A DNA stretch of 64,000 bases from Arcicella sp. (GCA_034519515.1 JAXHOK010000068.1:219421-283420); one strand, 5' to 3'. Shown: positions 19,417-29,862, counted from the first letter of the stretch. Numbers and translations: made by a program. Notes: generated from the letters alone by a model not told the origin.

Positions 19417-19815
19417 TTAGATTTTTAAATTGTAAATACCACCGATTGAACTATTAAAATTGTAGGGCATAGGATTTCCACTTTCATCAGCCCCCCAATA
19501 ATATTGAGAGAACCAACCATTATGAGAACCTCCCCAACCCCAATTCATACTGAAAATTGTATAATAAATTGGCACCCATTGATCTCTACTATGATTGTAA
19601 TATCCATAAGGATATTTCCAATTTTGATAACCATCACATACCCAAGCGTGGCACTCACCACCATCACAACCTTCCAAAATCACAGGATGTTCATCGTATA
19701 ATGAAACTTTTGTATTATAAGCCCAATTGTTGTCATAAGCTATTCTGTCTCCTTGTATAAAATTAAATGTATTTATCAAGGCATTGCGAGCTTTCGTGAG
19801 TGTTGTGCTTGATCC
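19417..19815 (-). pseudogene. C-terminal fragment of a C10 (streptopain-like) cysteine peptidase
   Basis: GSS...ALINTF, HAWVCDGY and MNWGWGG..NGWF motifs; signal peptide, prodomain and catalytic Cys region absent. Confidence 0.8.
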
Positions 19816-19976
19816 AAGTTGATTTGATTTATCTGACTCTGAGTAAGTGGAAATGGATAAATCACATACTGTGAAACATTAGTACCGTTTGGCGTACTCT
19901 GTGCTTTGACCGTTATTTCTTGAGATAAAATGGTCAAAATTCCTATAATTACTTTTAATATATTTTTCATTTTCAT
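19776..19976 (-). pseudogene. N-terminal fragment of a secreted protein joined out of frame to the peptidase fragment
   Basis: Signal peptide MKNILKVIIGILTILSQEITVKA-Q, then runs into peptidase-derived DNA and stops. Confidence 0.55.
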
Positions 19977-20000
19977 TGAGTTTGATTTTAGAATATTTCA

Positions 20001-20375
20001 TTACCAAATTTTAGTTCCGTACAATACCTTGATTTCCTTGCGATTCTTCTTGTAATCATTAAAATCATCTACTTTCAAAAGATTTAGCTTAGTACCATCA
20101 CAAAAATATTGATGAATATTGGTTGATGAACACACAGAGCATTGAACCTCAATAACTTTTTCGTTTCTGTATTCAAAGAGAACAACCCCATTGAGATTTT
20201 GACCTCCTATTTGAAGTTTCATTTCATCAGATAACCATTTCAAATCTTTTATTGGATCTTTTACTCCACACACGAGTACTGGTGGATTTGGGTCTTCATT
20301 ACTCGAATTATTAACACACGACATAAAACTCATTAATAAGATGGTTACGAAACACATCAAAAGCGGCTTTTTCAT
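20001..20375 (-). CDS. hypothetical lipoprotein (DUF6970-like)
   Basis: Lipobox FMS-C; CGVKDPIKDLKWL, CxxC and YFCDG. Confidence 0.65.
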   Translation of the reverse strand: MKKPLLMCFVTILLMSFMSCVNNSSNEDPNPPVLVCGVKDPIKDLKWLSDEMKLQIGGQNLNGVVLFEYRNEKVIEVQCSVCSSTNIHQYFCDGTKLNLLKVDDFNDYKKNRKEIKVLYGTKIW

Positions 20376-20383
20376 ATCTAATA

Positions 20384-21118
20384 TTATTTTAAAGTTTGAA
20401 CAAAAGTAGTAACATCCGAAAGTATCAAATCGACCACTTTCAAATCGGACATAATCATTTTATCTGCAAAAAGATTTTTAGAAGATTGCATTTTATCATC
20501 ACTTTTGGTTTCTTTTTTACCCAATACAATCGCAAACTTATTGGCAACGAAAGCAGATGTCATTTTACCAAAATCCCCAAAATACATATCATAACCAGCT
20601 TTTTCATTCAGTTTTTTCATCAACAACTTTAATAAAAAAATTCTCTCTTCATTTGAAAACTTGGACATTATGTTATCACTGCAAAGTAATAATTCAAAAG
20701 CACAATAATCAAACGTAAAACCTCCTTTACTGTCTATTACTTCAATTTCTGAAATTCTTTTAGTTTTGTAATATTCAATCATATTGATACTGATGTCTTT
20801 CCTCTCAGTAAGTTCTTTGAAACCATTGAAAGAATTAATCACTCCATTCATTCCTTGGTATGGACTGTCAGAAGCTGTATAATTTCTTAAAAATGGGTAT
20901 TTCAAGCAAATTTCTAACAATTCCTTTGTATTGATAGATTTCAACAATTTCTCAGGCATTTGTAAATCTCTAACAATATCGGGCGTATTTTGATAGGATT
21001 TCCATTTTTCAGTTCCTGGCTTAATTGGGTAATCCCAAGTCAAATTCTGAGCATAACTATTGAATGCAAAAAAACTCAATAATTGGAAAATGATAATTTT
21101 CATAAGCGTCTGTTTCAT
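20384..21118 (-). CDS. hypothetical secreted protein
   Basis: 244 aa with signal peptide (SYA-Q) and WDYPIKPGTEKW motif. Confidence 0.7.
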   Translation of the reverse strand: MKQTLMKIIIFQLLSFFAFNSYAQNLTWDYPIKPGTEKWKSYQNTPDIVRDLQMPEKLLKSINTKELLEICLKYPFLRNYTASDSPYQGMNGVINSFNGFKELTERKDISINMIEYYKTKRISEIEVIDSKGGFTFDYCAFELLLCSDNIMSKFSNEERIFLLKLLMKKLNEKAGYDMYFGDFGKMTSAFVANKFAIVLGKKETKSDDKMQSSKNLFADKMIMSDLKVVDLILSDVTTFVQTLK

Positions 21119-21491
21119 GGCGTTTACTGGATTTTAGATGATTGAAAATTAGAAAAAATAGACAATGTTGCGGGGCAATGAGTCAGGGCTAATAGATAAT
21201 TAGCCACAATCGGTTTTGTGAGAGATATTTGCATGATTATTTGTTTTTTAAAATTTACATTGCGTGTGTTTCAATGATAGCGGCTAATAAAAAACAGGGA
21301 AATGGAATAAAGCGAACAGGTATATTATACTTTAAAACTTTTTATAACGCAAATGTACATATATACATTTGCATAGTCCTAATTTTTCATGTTAAATCTC
21401 AATAATAAGATTATAACCAAGAGAAGAATTATCAAACTTCCGAGCTTTGAGTTTGTATATTGTATTTTTGTAAAAGTGTAAAACTCCCGAT

Positions 21492-21956
21492 ATGAATTTA
21501 GATAAAATAGATTTACAAATCTTAAAGTTTCTTCAAGAAGATGCTTTAATGACTAATAAAGAGATAGCTTCCCGCTTGAACTTGACGACTACGCCCATCC
21601 ATGAGCGAATCAAACGGCTTGAAAATGAAGGAGTTATTGAAAAATATACCGCCATTTTGAATAAATCGAAATTGGGAAAAAGTTTGGTGGTTTTGGTGGA
21701 CGTAACCCTCAAAGAACACGCCGCTACGTTTTTGGAACAGTTTGAGAAAGACGTTTTACTCCTCCCCGAAGTGGTGGAATGTTACTGTATTTCGGGTGGT
21801 TCAGATTTTTTATTGAAGGTTTTGATGAAAGATATGGACGAATACCGACATTTTATTTTGCACAAATTAGCGACACTTTCCAATATTGGCAATGCTCAAA
21901 GTAGGTTTGTGGTGAACGAAATTAAAAGCCAAACGCCTGTGCCGATCGAGGTTTGA
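21492..21956 (+). CDS. Lrp/AsnC family transcriptional regulator
   Basis: LDKIDLQILKFLQED...RIKRLENEGVI HTH; VVECYCISGGSDFLLKV. Confidence 0.95.
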   Translation: MNLDKIDLQILKFLQEDALMTNKEIASRLNLTTTPIHERIKRLENEGVIEKYTAILNKSKLGKSLVVLVDVTLKEHAATFLEQFEKDVLLLPEVVECYCISGGSDFLLKVLMKDMDEYRHFILHKLATLSNIGNAQSRFVVNEIKSQTPVPIEV

Positions 21957-22142
21957 TTTGGATTGATTTGGGATTTTTTTGTCTGTGCGACTCAGTCTAA
22001 ATTTGGATTGCGAAACGTCGCACCGTGTCAGATTAGAAGATTTTTTGGATTAAAAACAATTGAACATGAATAAGAATTTACAGATTTTACGGTGACGTAA
22101 ATCCAAAAAATCCATAAATCCCACGAATCCAAATTCAGACAA
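21957..22142. repeat. degenerate GGATT/AATCC ~9-mer repeat element with inverted ends
   Basis: Left GGATT-rich and right AATCC-rich runs; TTGTCTG...AATTTGGATT versus AATCCAAATTCAGACAA. Confidence 0.55.
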
Positions 22143-23409
22143 CTTCCCCCCTCCGCTTCAAACTCAAATTCCACATAGAAAGTCCCACTAAAATCACATA
22201 AACAACTGATACACAATAAGATAATACAATAAAAAACTCCAAATAATTAATACTTTTTTGGAAGAAATTTTTATAGAAAAGCACTAAAATGCTACCCAAA
22301 TAAGCGTAATAATCAGCAAAAGTAATGAGAAATCCCACCGTGCCAGATTTTTTGAAGGCGGCAATCATTCGCTCGAAATATAGGCTATTGCACATGGAGT
22401 ATGCCATATAAACACCCAAGCCCAAACTCGTGAGCCAGCCCACGGGAGAGAGTATTTTTTGCTGATACAATAGCGTACTCACGCCAATCATAACGCCTCC
22501 TGCCAACATCAATAACTGAATAATCACGAAAGCCTTGTAGTTGTTTTGTACCCAACGCATTGCCGCCATCATCAACAAAACCGTAATAGCAATGGGTGTT
22601 TCGGTTTGGGTGAAAATGGCGGAATTATTGCCATATCCCAATAATTTCCAGATTTCGGGCGTGAAATTATCCCTAAATTCTCGGAAGGTTGTTAGTAAAA
22701 TATACGACATTACGAAAATGAACATACTCAATGCAAATTCACTGATAAATGCCTTACGGTCAGCCTTTTGCATGGGTTTTCTTTCGGTACGATTGGCTTT
22801 ATCGGCTTCGGTGGGTGGTGGAATTTGCCCCATCAGCCACGTGCAAATCCCGAAAGGAATAATCATAATGGCACACGCCACAAAGGGCATCCAAAACTGA
22901 CTAATTTCTAAGGTACTCATCACCCATTTACCGATACTTTTGGCAAAACCCGAACCCATAATAAACGAAGCTGTAAGCACCGCTACCAACAAATCAGTCG
23001 TTTTTCGACCTTCCAAAAAACCTAAAATAGTGCCATAAACCATACCCAAAGGAAGGCTTGCCATGAAGATAAAAAATAAATTGTAAGGAGCGGAAATCAG
23101 GGCAAAAAACAGATAACAAAACCAAGACAATACAATCATTATCAGTAAGTTACGGGATCGGTTTTGGGGCAACATTTCCGAAACATATTTAATCCCCAAA
23201 CCCTTAGAAAAGGCAAAACCCAAAACCTGAGCGGTTATCATCAAGATTTTGAAATTGACTCCCAAAAAAGATAATTCCTCATAAGTTGCCGCCGTATATG
23301 CCCGCCTGAACGGATAGAAACACATATAAGTAAAAAAGGCAGTAATAGCCGCAAAAAAAGTAGCGTTGAAGGAATTTTTATTGATGAATTTGCTGATTGT
23401 TTGGGTCAT
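22135..23409 (-). CDS. DUF5690-like MFS-type membrane protein
   Basis: About 12 hydrophobic segments; YPFRRAYTAAT, FLEGRK, SGFAKS and FRDNF motifs. Confidence 0.75.
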   Translation of the reverse strand: MTQTISKFINKNSFNATFFAAITAFFTYMCFYPFRRAYTAATYEELSFLGVNFKILMITAQVLGFAFSKGLGIKYVSEMLPQNRSRNLLIMIVLSWFCYLFFALISAPYNLFFIFMASLPLGMVYGTILGFLEGRKTTDLLVAVLTASFIMGSGFAKSIGKWVMSTLEISQFWMPFVACAIMIIPFGICTWLMGQIPPPTEADKANRTERKPMQKADRKAFISEFALSMFIFVMSYILLTTFREFRDNFTPEIWKLLGYGNNSAIFTQTETPIAITVLLMMAAMRWVQNNYKAFVIIQLLMLAGGVMIGVSTLLYQQKILSPVGWLTSLGLGVYMAYSMCNSLYFERMIAAFKKSGTVGFLITFADYYAYLGSILVLFYKNFFQKSINYLEFFIVLSYCVSVVYVILVGLSMWNLSLKRRGEVV

Positions 23410-23500
23410 GTTTGGGGATGAAGATGGTTATTTCAAAGATAGGTTTTTTAGGGGAAATTTCTTTAAATGGTTAGAAATTTGATTTTACTATAAATTAAAA

Positions 23501-23628
23501 CCCAGCGACATTTACCTTAAAAAGTACAGATGTCGCTAAAAAGTAACAATAAATTTAGCGGTATTTAACTAAAAATATATAGATACCGCTAAAAACAATA
23601 TTAAATTTAGCGACATCTATTATATTTG
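23501..23628 (+). promoter_or_regulatory. five alternating 13-bp boxes (TTTAGCGRYATYT) ending at a TATATTTG -7 box
   Basis: Boxes at 23501(+), 23528(-), 23554(+), 23581(-), 23606(+); TAnnTTTG at 23621-23628. Confidence 0.75.
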
Positions 23629-23640
23629 TATCATAACGCA

Positions 23641-25050
23641 ATGATTATGAGCATAATAGGCAGAAAAATAGAAATAGAAGAATTTGATGGAATGATGGCT
23701 TCTAATAAATCAGAATTTTTGGTGGTTTATGGACGAAGACGAGTGGGTAAAACTTATTTGATTCGGCAATATTTCAATAATAAATTCAGCTTTTACTCAA
23801 CGGGTTTGGCAGAAGAAAAAACGAGCATACAATTGGCTAATTTTAATGCCGCCTTACGACAAAGCCCTTTTTATGAAGAGCAAAAAGATGCCGATAATTG
23901 GATGGATGCTTTTCGGAATTTAATAAAAATTTTGGAAGTAAATCCAGAGGAAAAAAAGGTAATTTTTATTGACGAACTACCTTGGATGGACACCAAAGAT
24001 TCGGGGTTAATTTTGGCAATTGATTTTTTTTGGAACAGTTGGGCAAGTGCCAGAAATGACATCAAGTTTATTGTCTGCGGTTCGTCGGCTTCTTGGATGA
24101 TTGACAACCTTTTGAAAAACACCAAAGGACTCTACAATCGGGTTACGAATCGGATAAAATTGAAGCCTTTTACACTGAAAGAAACGAAGGAGTATTTGAT
24201 GGTAATGGGCGGAAGTTATGACAATTATCAAGTCGTGGAATTGTACATGGCTTTGGGGGGAATTCCTTTTTATCTCAACTTCATAAAAATCCAAGAAAGT
24301 GCTTCACAGAATATTAATAGGCTTTTTTTTAGTGAACAGGCAAAATTAAGGGATGAATATTGCCTGCTTTTTGCCTCTCTATTCAAGAATTATCAGAAGC
24401 ATATCGCCATCATAAATGCCCTTGCTCAAAAGAAAAAAGGGTTGTTTAAAAGTGAAATTGTTAAACTATCAAAACTAAAAGATGGTGGAACTCTTACCAC
24501 TATTTTGAAGGAATTAGAAGCGAGTGATTTTATCAGAAAATACAATATGCCAGGGCAAAAAGTGCGGAATATTATCTATCAATTGACGGATAATTTTACT
24601 TTATTTTACCAAAATTTTATCGAAAAATCGAATGATACTGAACCTAATTTTTGGTTAAACATCATCAATACACCGCAATATTATGCTTGGGCGAGCAATG
24701 CTTTTGAAATAGTGTGTTTGTTGCACAGTCAAGAAATCAAAAAAGCCTTGGGCATCGCTGGAATTCAGTCAAATACCTACGCATGGTCGAACACAAAATC
24801 GCAGATTGACCTCATTTTTGACCGTAAAGACCATGTAATAAATTTGATAGAAATAAAGTTTTCGCACAGCAAATTCACCATTGCGAAAGACTACGAAGCC
24901 AAATTGCTCAACAAATTAAGTGATTTCAAGGAATCTTATAAAACTAATAAAGCTATTTGGATTGTGATGCTGACGACTTACGGATTAGGTTCGGTAAATA
25001 ATACAGGTTCAATTCATAATAGTCTGGAAATGAGTGTGTTGTTTGAGTGA
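23641..25050 (+). CDS. archaeal-type/STAND-like ATPase with winged helix and C-terminal PD-(D/E)xK-like domain
   Basis: IIGRKIE, YGRRRVGKT, FIDELPW, CGS, GGIPFYL; C-terminal QIDL...LIEIKF. Confidence 0.85.
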   Translation: MIMSIIGRKIEIEEFDGMMASNKSEFLVVYGRRRVGKTYLIRQYFNNKFSFYSTGLAEEKTSIQLANFNAALRQSPFYEEQKDADNWMDAFRNLIKILEVNPEEKKVIFIDELPWMDTKDSGLILAIDFFWNSWASARNDIKFIVCGSSASWMIDNLLKNTKGLYNRVTNRIKLKPFTLKETKEYLMVMGGSYDNYQVVELYMALGGIPFYLNFIKIQESASQNINRLFFSEQAKLRDEYCLLFASLFKNYQKHIAIINALAQKKKGLFKSEIVKLSKLKDGGTLTTILKELEASDFIRKYNMPGQKVRNIIYQLTDNFTLFYQNFIEKSNDTEPNFWLNIINTPQYYAWASNAFEIVCLLHSQEIKKALGIAGIQSNTYAWSNTKSQIDLIFDRKDHVINLIEIKFSHSKFTIAKDYEAKLLNKLSDFKESYKTNKAIWIVMLTTYGLGSVNNTGSIHNSLEMSVLFE

Positions 25051-25054
25051 AATC

Positions 25055-26212
25055 TCAATCCTTCTGACCCAGAGCCACCAACCCCAACACAGGTCCAATC
25101 GCTAAAAAAACATACAAATATTCCGCCCCAACATAACTGGAAAGAAGGTTGATAAATTGAATACTGACAATAGTAATGGCAAAACCGATACAGTTTACAA
25201 TCGTTAAAGAGGTGCCTCTGGATGCTTCGGGGGCATTTTGGGCTACCAAAGTTGAAAATAATGGAGAATCTGCTACTACGACCATTCCCCAAAAAAAAAG
25301 GAAAATCAGTAAAGCAATAACCGAATTTTGGGATAAGAAAAAAGGGGAAACCAAACAGCAAACACACGAAGCCAACAAAGCAAAAGTAGCAATACTTTTG
25401 GGCTTGAATCTTTCTGAAAACTGCCCACTCAATACGCAAGCTGCTGAACCAGAAGCGATTATAAGAAATGAATAAAGTGTAATATTTAGCGAAATATCAG
25501 GGAATTGACTTTTGTAAAATTTCAATATTACAGGCACAAAAGCCCAAAAAGCGTATAATTCCCACATATGCCCAAAATACCCGAAGGCAGCGGCTTGAAA
25601 TTTCTTGTTTTTGAAAACCGTAAAAAAAGTATTGAATTGTAACGCCTGTCCCGCTTTTCGATAAGGTCCGTCGGGAACGAAAACGTACATAATTGTTCCA
25701 CCCAAGAGTGATAAAATGGAAGTTCCGTAAATGACATATTGATAAGGAAAATTTGCGGTAAAATTTCTCAATAAATACGGAAAAGCCGTTCCCAACACCA
25801 AAGCTCCTACCAAAAAACCCAAGGATTTCCCTAAGCCCTTTTGGTAATAATCAGAAGCAATCTTCATCCCGACGGGATAAATTCCTGCCAAGAAAAATCC
25901 CGTTAAAAATCTAAAAATCAGGATATTAAACGAGTCTATTTCTTCAAGATTTATTACCAAATTAAAAATTCCTGCTAAAATGGCACTTACTAAAAACACC
26001 AAAGAAGGTGAAAAACGGTCGGCAATAGTCAGCACCGCAAACGTCAAAGTCCCCGTGATAAATCCAAACTGAATGGCACTCGTTGCATGGGCCAAAAAGC
26101 TGTTTTCTAACTGCAAATTGGCAATTAGTTCGGGCATGATGGCATTGCCTGCAAACCAAAGCGAAGTGCAGAAAAATTGGGAAATTACGATGGTAATGAG
26201 GATTTTGTTCAT
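25055..26212 (-). CDS. MFS transporter
   Basis: About 12 TM segments; ADRFSP, LAGIYPVGMK, GHMWELYA. Confidence 0.85.
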   Translation of the reverse strand: MNKILITIVISQFFCTSLWFAGNAIMPELIANLQLENSFLAHATSAIQFGFITGTLTFAVLTIADRFSPSLVFLVSAILAGIFNLVINLEEIDSFNILIFRFLTGFFLAGIYPVGMKIASDYYQKGLGKSLGFLVGALVLGTAFPYLLRNFTANFPYQYVIYGTSILSLLGGTIMYVFVPDGPYRKAGQALQFNTFFTVFKNKKFQAAAFGYFGHMWELYAFWAFVPVILKFYKSQFPDISLNITLYSFLIIASGSAACVLSGQFSERFKPKSIATFALLASCVCCLVSPFFLSQNSVIALLIFLFFWGMVVVADSPLFSTLVAQNAPEASRGTSLTIVNCIGFAITIVSIQFINLLSSYVGAEYLYVFLAIGPVLGLVALGQKD

Positions 26213-26242
26213 CTATAAATTTACCAACTATTTGCCAGAATC

Positions 26243-27613
26243 CTACTTCTTCAACAACAACTGCACCGAACTGTCATTTATCTCAAATTGATGGTTTTTC
26301 AAGAGTTTTATCATTTCAGCACCTGCCAAAATTGTTGGTCCGTAACCATGAGCCGCAAAGGGACTAATGGGGCGATGATAGTAAAATGCAGGGTCAAAAG
26401 CCATTCCCGTACCTACGCAAGTACCTTCCACTTGCCCTTTTTCGTTGATTTTTGTGGAAACGGCATTCCAGCCTAATATTGCTGAGGGAGAATACGCCAA
26501 CGCATCAAGCCAGCCCTTGTTGATGGCTTTTGCGAAGCAATAAGTATAAATGGCAGTGGCAGAAGTTTCTAAATATGAGTCATTTTTATCTAATAATTGA
26601 TGCCAAAACCCTGAGCCAGACTGATATGATGCCAAACCTTTGGCATGGGCTTTCAATAGTTCTAAAATCGCTGGACGACCTGCGTGGTTTTCGGGCAGTA
26701 CGTCTAATAATTCTACCATCGTCAAGATTCCCCAACCGTTGGCTCTCGCCCAATGAAACTGGGGATGTTCGGTCATGCCTTCAACCCAGCCGTGCATGAA
26801 TACGCCTTTTTCACGGTTAAACATTCTTTTTGAAAATAATAAAATTTGCTTCACGGCTTCGTCATAATATTTTTGTTCGCCCGTCAGTTTGCCCATTTGT
26901 GCCAAAGCAGGAATGCCCATAAACAAATCGTCGAGCCATAAAGTATTCATTTGTGGGCGGTTACGTGCCAAAGTTCCATCCGACAAACGGTGTTCTTGGG
27001 TCATAATATAATTGATGTGGCTGTCAATCAGCGGGCGAAGATTGGTTATACTCCCTTCACGAGTGGCTTTAATCATGGCGGTACACATAGCACCGCAATC
27101 ATCCAAAGCGTGCGGATTTACCAGCCCCCGCAAAGGTCCCTTCGTTCCCCAATCGGCATTTTGTTCGGAAGTTTTTTTGAAATACGGTACAGATTCGGCA
27201 ATGAATTTCAAGCGTTTTTCTACATAATCCTTAAAACGTGCGTCCCCCGTGGCTTGAGAAGCCAACAACATCGCAGAATATGTTACACCCCATTCATAGC
27301 TCACAATTCTGAAATCGCCTTTTTGTAAAGCCGTATTTTCATCAATTTTGGATAAATCAGTAAGCGTTTCACCCGTTTTGGAATTGACAAAATTGGTTGG
27401 CGTAACTTCATTCAAATAACCGTGAATTCGGTTCAAAACCTGCGTAATTTCTTCCGTTTTCACGATACCATAAGGCACGGGATAATCGGGTTGTATCAAA
27501 TGCAAAGGCGTATTGGAATCATTGGATTTAGTTACGTTTTTTTGAGCAAAAACAAAGCTGAATGAGCTGAGGAGCAATAAAATGCTTATTGTGAAAGTGA
27601 TTTTTTGGTTCAT
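26243..27613 (-). CDS. GH105/GH88 unsaturated rhamnogalacturonyl hydrolase
   Basis: Signal peptide; YEWG, WLDDLFM, WARANGW, GFWHQLL, ETSATA. Confidence 0.9.
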   Translation of the reverse strand: MNQKITFTISILLLLSSFSFVFAQKNVTKSNDSNTPLHLIQPDYPVPYGIVKTEEITQVLNRIHGYLNEVTPTNFVNSKTGETLTDLSKIDENTALQKGDFRIVSYEWGVTYSAMLLASQATGDARFKDYVEKRLKFIAESVPYFKKTSEQNADWGTKGPLRGLVNPHALDDCGAMCTAMIKATREGSITNLRPLIDSHINYIMTQEHRLSDGTLARNRPQMNTLWLDDLFMGIPALAQMGKLTGEQKYYDEAVKQILLFSKRMFNREKGVFMHGWVEGMTEHPQFHWARANGWGILTMVELLDVLPENHAGRPAILELLKAHAKGLASYQSGSGFWHQLLDKNDSYLETSATAIYTYCFAKAINKGWLDALAYSPSAILGWNAVSTKINEKGQVEGTCVGTGMAFDPAFYYHRPISPFAAHGYGPTILAGAEMIKLLKNHQFEINDSSVQLLLKK

Positions 27614-27675
27614 GTCATTGGAGTTTTGATGTTTAATCCAACAAAGGCAAAAAGCGTTTAAATATACCGATAAAT

Positions 27676-27785
27676 GTAGTGCGGCAATCTTTGCCGTTTT
27701 TTTTAAGTTTTAAAATATACGGGAAAGATTGCCGTGGTACGTTTGATTCACGGGAAGGATTTGGGCTGCGTAAGTGCCGTGGTAC
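27676..27785. repeat. GTAG-type REP doublet (degenerate)
   Basis: GTAGTGCGGCAATCTTTGCCG ... CGGGAAAGATTGCCGTGGTAC; matches the copy at 44278. Confidence 0.75.
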
Positions 27786-27786
27786 G

Positions 27787-28698
27787 TTACACAAACCACT
27801 CACCCTTCGATACCGCCTGAACCTTTCCCCCAATTCTGACACTAAATTCGGTTTCAGAAATTTTCCTGCCATCGTGATATAAAATAGATGGTCTCGGGAT
27901 TTCGTAGCCTTGTTCAACGCTGATTTTCACGGAATCTGTCCCCAAAAAATTCGTTTTCAACAAATAACTCAACAAACAGCCGTTGGCACTTCCCGTAGCG
28001 GAATCTTCGTTTAATTTTCCATCTTCAATCAAAAACATACGCCCATTCAATTGATTTTCAGGCAAATAGGTTTCTTTCGTAAACACAAAAAAGTTCATCG
28101 ACTTGCCCGAAGGATTGTTGGTTTTATAAAGATTATTTTTTAGTAAAAACTGCATCATCTTTTCGGCATTGGGTTTCATGGTTTGAATTGCCAGAAGATT
28201 TTTTACGGGAATAATCAAAAATGCCAAACCCGTAGAAACCTCCAAAATTGGGAATTCGGGCATCATATCTTCCAAAGAAATTCCTAATAAATCCGCCAAT
28301 TCTTCAACTGGATAATCTTTTCCAAAAACGGGATTAATCTGCTGCATCCAGAGTTTATCACCCACAAAATCTACGGGTATTTTGCCCACGCCCAAATTCA
28401 AAACTACCTGACTGACAGGCTGTTTGATGATTTGTTGGCGAATTACAAAGGCAGTTCCCAGCGTGGGATGTCCCGCAAAGGGAATCTCCTGTTCGGTCGT
28501 AAAAATACGGACATCGTAACCCGTTTCGGGCGTTGAGGTTTTGGTATTGACAAAGGTGGTTTCAGCAAAATTTATTTCTTTTGCCATCGCCTGCATGGTC
28601 TCGGTCGGGACGGAACCATCATGTTCAAAAACGGCTAATTGATTGCCTTGATATTTTTGTTCAGCAAAAACGTCAACGATGTGGAAAGGTATATTCAT
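27787..28698 (-). CDS. PhzF family isomerase/epimerase
   Basis: VDVF...GNQLAV, ETTF, RIFT, EIPFAGHPTLG, EDSATGSA. Confidence 0.92.
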   Translation of the reverse strand: MNIPFHIVDVFAEQKYQGNQLAVFEHDGSVPTETMQAMAKEINFAETTFVNTKTSTPETGYDVRIFTTEQEIPFAGHPTLGTAFVIRQQIIKQPVSQVVLNLGVGKIPVDFVGDKLWMQQINPVFGKDYPVEELADLLGISLEDMMPEFPILEVSTGLAFLIIPVKNLLAIQTMKPNAEKMMQFLLKNNLYKTNNPSGKSMNFFVFTKETYLPENQLNGRMFLIEDGKLNEDSATGSANGCLLSYLLKTNFLGTDSVKISVEQGYEIPRPSILYHDGRKISETEFSVRIGGKVQAVSKGEWFV

Positions 28699-29074
28699 GG
28701 TTGTTTTGTTCAAATTTGGATAGTTACTGGCAGATTGTTCGGAATTGATACAAAAGCCTTATAACTTTCATAATCACATTTATACAGTTTTTTGTTCCTC
28801 GGAAGCTAAAAGAAACCTTAATGGCTTTCTAACATCAGCTTAATTTACCTCTAATCATAGGGCTATAATTTTGTCAAAAAATCAAGCAGTCGTATTTGAA
28901 TTTAACTGGTACGGCTGGAATTATAAAGGGCATTAACCTGCATTTTTTAAATACCTGTTAGGAATTAGGCGGTTCGTTGCTACGATTCTGTTTGATTATA
29001 TCGTAATTTGCTGATTATTAATAAGTAGGAACACTTGCCCGAAGTGTTGGTTGCCCTAAAATCCAAATAAATAA

Positions 29075-29857
29075 ATGAAATGTTATTATTCATGTTTAAT
29101 CTTTGTGATGTCTTTTTTAAGTAATACTTTTTCACAAAATACAAGGCTTTCTGACCACAATTCAATAGGTTGGTATAATTACTTCGGCACGTTTAAATTG
29201 TCCAATAAATTTGATTTACACGCTGAATATCAATGGCGTAGAGATAATGTTATTACGGATTCACAACAAAATTTGTTGAGAGTCGGGATAAATTACAACC
29301 TAAATCCAAGGGTATTATTTAGAGCTGGCTATGCCTTGATAGAGACTTTTCCTTATGGCGAATATCCCATCAATGGCTTAGGGAGAGATTTTACTGAACA
29401 TCGAATATTTCAAATGGTGCAACTGTCTCATAAAGAGGGAATCGTGGATTTATCACACCGTTTTATGTTGGAGCAAAGGTTTGTGGGAAGATACAGTTCC
29501 GCCAGTGTTATGAGCGAAGACCAATTTCCCTTACTCAATCGGATGCGTTATATGGTGAGGGTGCAAGTACCGCTGGGAGGAACAGAAATTAAAGACAAAA
29601 CGCCTTATGTGGCAGCGTATGATGAGATTTTGGTGGGTTTTGGAGAAAACGTAAATGCCAATGTTTTTGACCAAAATAGATTAGGTATTTTGTTGGGATA
29701 TCGCTTCAATAAAAATACCAGAATCGAAGCAGGGTATCTCAATCAAATCGTGCAGTTGGGGCGACAGATAAACGGGCAGAATGTTTTTCAATACAACAAT
29801 GGGTTGATTATTAACACAAATTTCAATTTTGATTTGACGAAAAAATCAAAGCTATAA
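29075..29857 (+). CDS. DUF2490 outer-membrane beta-barrel protein
   Basis: EYQWRR, EHRIFQ, HRFMLEQR, RMRY, FDQNR motifs. Confidence 0.85.
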   Translation: MKCYYSCLIFVMSFLSNTFSQNTRLSDHNSIGWYNYFGTFKLSNKFDLHAEYQWRRDNVITDSQQNLLRVGINYNLNPRVLFRAGYALIETFPYGEYPINGLGRDFTEHRIFQMVQLSHKEGIVDLSHRFMLEQRFVGRYSSASVMSEDQFPLLNRMRYMVRVQVPLGGTEIKDKTPYVAAYDEILVGFGENVNANVFDQNRLGILLGYRFNKNTRIEAGYLNQIVQLGRQINGQNVFQYNNGLIINTNFNFDLTKKSKL

Positions 29858-29862
29858 AAACG

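Noticed and set aside
27633-27917. ORFs of 94 and 67 aa, and the N-terminal extensions of the ORFs tracked from 44318, 42005 and 62556
   Set aside because: They read through REP or heptamer repeats, which tend to lack stops
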